A stretch of DNA of 64,000 bases. Source: Basidiobolus meristosporus CBS 931.73. Lineage: Eukaryota; Fungi; Basidiobolomycota. The position numbers and the translations under genes are program-made. A model generated the notes under the pieces. It saw nothing but the letters and a program-made list of their open reading frames with translations. It did no database searches and was not told the origin of the DNA. The stretch covers positions 62,001 to 126,000 of the forward strand of contig MCFE01000173.1 of the NCBI GenBank assembly GCA_002104905.1, in the 5' to 3' direction. Shown here in pieces: positions 60,516-64,000 of this stretch; the first letter of the stretch is position 1, and each line of letters begins with the position of its first letter.

Positions 60516-61199
60516 ATGCCCGCCACTGACTTGCTCGAGTCAGGATTGGCTAGTAAATTTCACCATGACCGAGCCGTTTCTCAGTTCGCCCTGTTTGCTG
60601 CTGACATTGCCACTTTCACCTGGTACCCACAGTTAGACCCCATGACTAGCTGCGCTAGTGATACTTTCAAAAACTACTGCCGAAGTATGCTACTCACGAC
60701 GAAGGTGTCCTCCTCAGTCGTCATACTGGCATTGAAATACATACAACGCTTGAAGTTCTTGAACGCCCAACTTCAAGGCCAACCAGGCTCTGAGATTAGG
60801 ATTTTCACTGTAGCGTTGGTTCTAGCCAACAAATATCTCGACGACAAGGTTTTGAATAAGCGCATGTGGTCTAGAGTGAGCGGCATAGCAATCAAGGAAC
60901 TGAACCGCATGGAGCTAGAATTCCTTGCCTCCATCCAATATCGACTCATGGTCACCAAGGACGATTACTTCAATTGGTTGAAGTTTTTGGAGCACTTTAT
61001 CACCACTCGAAACCAACACCTTACCAAGCTGAAGGAAGACGCCATTCCTACTGAAGATATGGATGACTGGTCTCCGGACTATTCTGACACGCACCCGACA
61101 GAGCCCACGCCCCAGGAATTCAACGAACCTTGCCAGGTCCGTTTGAATCACAAGACGAAGCTTCTTCATACCGACAATACACACCCCTTGATTAGTTAA
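60516..61199 (+). CDS. PHO85-type cyclin (Pcl/Pho80 family, Clg1/Pcl5-like)
   Basis: Cyclin box: LLTTKVSSSVVILALKYIQRL..GSEIRIFTVALVLANKYLDD..WSRVSGIAIKELNRMELEFL. Likely ATG at 60516. A possible donor at 61137 makes the 3' end uncertain. Confidence 0.9.
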   Translation: MPATDLLESGLASKFHHDRAVSQFALFAADIATFTWYPQLDPMTSCASDTFKNYCRSMLLTTKVSSSVVILALKYIQRLKFLNAQLQGQPGSEIRIFTVALVLANKYLDDKVLNKRMWSRVSGIAIKELNRMELEFLASIQYRLMVTKDDYFNWLKFLEHFITTRNQHLTKLKEDAIPTEDMDDWSPDYSDTHPTEPTPQEFNEPCQVRLNHKTKLLHTDNTHPLIS

Positions 61200-63525
61200 T
61201 AGCGTTGGATACCCACTCTTGATTATTTCTTTTAAACTGGCGTTTTCTTATTGACTGCGTAAAACGGATGAAAGAGCCTTGTCTTCCTGAGGTAGTCGTA
61301 GCTGTTGCCTTTCTGCGATCCACGGTCGCTCCACCAAGGCCATGGTTTGCTTTGCGTCCTAAATGGCGAAGTAGGCATTCTTCCCCCAGGCAACTGGGCC
61401 GCCGAAGTGAGGCGGCAGGTTGGCCATAGGGGGGATTGGGCTCCCTGCGAAAACCTCAACTGGGCACGTTCTTTCATCTAGACGAAATGACCGAGTGGGC
61501 AGGCCGGATTTCCAAGCGCTTTCCTGGTTGTCCACTCTCTCATCCGTCCCGAACCCTCATTCCAGCCCAAGCATGCCTGCGGCTCGCTACGTGTCTTGGC
61601 TGGACTCAGGAGTATGAACTTTTCTATAATTAGCGGATTCCTAGGTTTATGAAGCAGCACCTTCGGACGGTTCGATGACCCATCTGGCGTGGCGGTTCGG
61701 CTCTGCAAGCGACCGGCAGCGTAATGGGATGCCGATGGGCATATTGCACCGGAGAAGGGGCTGGATTTGTTCATTTGAAAAATCTTTTATTTCAACAATT
61801 TCTTTCTATTTTGTGAGTGTGGTATTCAACGTAATTTCAGACCTTCCGAACACGCTTTTCCCCGATGATGGCGGGCAGTCCCACGGGTTACCCCGAGACA
61901 TGGATTGCCTGCCCTTGTTTCTGAGATACCTCCGATCTTTGCCGGTTTTGTAGGTTGTTCTCTGGAGGAAAAGAAATAAATCCCAAAAACCAAGCCATCT
62001 CGCATTCCCATCATCTTGCACTCTAGCGCTGTCGGCGAGCTTGAGGCGCCGCCGGTGGAGAGGCCCAACGAAATCTGCGCCCAAGGCAGCTGGAACACTC
62101 TGCGCCAGAATATGGAGGTGATGGCATGGGCCCATGATCACATCATTCGAATCTGGCCCGGAAATTCGATTATATGGACTCGGGTCACATCTGCCTAATG
62201 GACAGAACTTTTCCAGAGACGAGATCGTCCACATAGGTACGAAGTAAATGGTGGAGCCGAACTCGTCGGGAATTGATCTGTACGAAGCTGTGCATATCTG
62301 CTCGCAGCCGCGTTGTATTTCAACCACCAGACATGCCCTTTCGGATCGTTTCGAATGACTGTCACTAAGGTTATCGATACTGCGTAGAAATATAGCCATA
62401 TAAGGGACACGGCACATGACTCGATGGGGTCGTTCGGGATTTCCTAATGTGGATACAACAACGGTAGACTATCCAGATAGGGTGACTGTACCGTTATACC
62501 ATTTGGTGTCGAGCGACCCACAAGTGCATGCATGTTGAATCATTTGACGACGGTCGAGCCGATATGGCTCAGGAACCGCCGCGTCCAAAGTCACCCTAAG
62601 TTACGGTGGGTGCTGGGAATACCCAAATCGAATGTTCGTGCCATTCGTCGGCACCGGATATGCCGGAGATGACGAGAAACCCATGATTCTTGATACGCAA
62701 AAGTCAGGAATCGCGCACACGATGGAGCCGTCTGGAGGCCCAGGTACTTTATCGCAACGAACATATGTGACTTGGGCTGGCTGTTCAGGCAGCCGTGAAG
62801 TCTGGATTTTCTGGACAGCGGAGCGTGCACAAATCTAAGTGCTGTTTAGAAATCAAACCATCCCTTCCAGGAGTCATTTTCGTCGATAATGCAAGCATGT
62901 TCTCCGGCATTTTCTGTGGTGATCAGGGCATACACCTGGATGTTTCCTCAATAGATAGCACGGAGCCCCCAAGTGGGCTACTCTTCATCACGACGTCTGC
63001 TTCCGCTTTGGCAAGCTGGCGAATGGTTACTGCGATCACGGCCCCGTTGGCTTCGCTAGGTGGTTCCACCTTCGAACTGTAGGTGAGTAGAAGACATCGT
63101 TGGTGTTGCGGGGCATTTCAAGCTGCATACCCCCGTGTGGCCCTTACTTCGTTCCACCACATCAAACCGAGTCCAACAACCACCTATCTACTTTGAGCCA
63201 TGGTTGGCGAAGCAGGACTAGATAGCTACTCCCTGGTCTAGCTATCAAACCAGTTTCACCCGTGATGGAGTCAGTTGAATATGGAACCAATTCAGATCGG
63301 TCAATTTGTTGTTGTTGTCAATTCATTGGTTCGTTCAATTCCCTGCACTATGCCAAGAGTAACTAGATTCTCTTGCGTCGCTGCGGAAAGTGCCTCATCA
63401 ATTCGCAGTAGGTGAGACTCCTCTCAGCTCCTATGGTTGTTTGGCACCCGACTATTTATTTCTGAGCGCGCCTTCTTACCCAACGACACACAATATAGCT
63501 ACCCCCGCCCCATCTACCGAACCAC

Positions 63526-64000
63526 ATGGCAACATTGTTATTCGACGATATCGATTTTCCCAACGAGCTGTACGTCCAGGAAACTGGGGAGTTCGCAACC
63601 CCGGTACGTACCCTGCTGCAATTCACCCCCCACATACTTGAGAACCTGGCCAAACAGGAAAGTGAACAAGAGCCCATCCACCCAAAGGAAACCGAGGAGC
63701 ACCTCAAATACGCGCAAGAAGGTCCCCGTTCCGCAACGGAGCCAAATACCCAACCTTGGTGGTCGAGCTGGCTCGCTACCGAATCCACAAAGAAAATCGC
63801 CCAGGAGTCGTTCAAATTCTGCCTAGAGATGGCCCGGCTGTACATGGAACAGTCGCAATGGCGTGAACGCCATGAAGCCACCCGAGGGGACTTCCATCAG
63901 CAAACGGAGTCTCAAAAAAAGAGAAAAAGTGAGGAGGAAGAGAAGGAGGAAGAGAAAGAGAAGGAGAGGGAGAAAAAGGAGAAGCAGAAGGAGAGGGAGG
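63526..64000 (+). CDS. Hypothetical protein, 5' part only (runs off the window); Glu/Lys-rich charged helix
   Basis: Open frame from ATG 63526 (MATLLFDDIDFPNELYVQE..PWWSSWLATESTKKIAQESFKFCLEMARLYMEQ..EEEEKEEEKEKERE) with no stop; absent from the supplied ORF track. Confidence 0.7.
   Translation, partial: MATLLFDDIDFPNELYVQETGEFATPVRTLLQFTPHILENLAKQESEQEPIHPKETEEHLKYAQEGPRSATEPNTQPWWSSWLATESTKKIAQESFKFCLEMARLYMEQSQWRERHEATRGDFHQQTESQKKRKSEEEEKEEEKEKEREKKEKQKERE

Overview
Eukaryotic, almost certainly fungal DNA (short GT-AG introns with CTAAC/CTGAC-type branch points; lineage not determinable, a non-Dikarya fungus is my guess). It has two sharply different halves. (1) Positions 1 to ~49,100 are a CpG-depleted nest of transposons. 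It holds five copies of one Ty3/Gypsy family ('A'); the copy at 13894-18829 has a gag-pol frame broken by a single TGA. It also holds several Ty1/Copia remnants primed by the anticodon half of tRNA-iMet, an integrase fragment of a second Ty3 family, and solo LTRs of further families (C, E, F, H, Y), several with recognisable 4- or 5-bp TSDs. Five pieces of a CACTA/EnSpm element carry a divergently oriented second gene, and two copies of a ~730-bp foldback element are present. (2) From ~49,150 to the end, CpG content is normal and the region is genic: RAD4/XPC (minus strand, multi-intron), a Rho-family GTPase, a PHO85-type cyclin and a hypothetical ORF running off the window end. I found no CRISPR, rRNA or tRNA genes. 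The most unusual items are the foldback element, the ~1.1-1.2-kb LTR family Y (terminal hairpin, internal 12-13-nt repeat array, GATG target), the two-gene CACTA whose intergenic region was hit twice by Ty3-A, and the CpG-decay boundary that falls inside a copia remnant. All alignments and counts were done by eye; family letters are my own labels.
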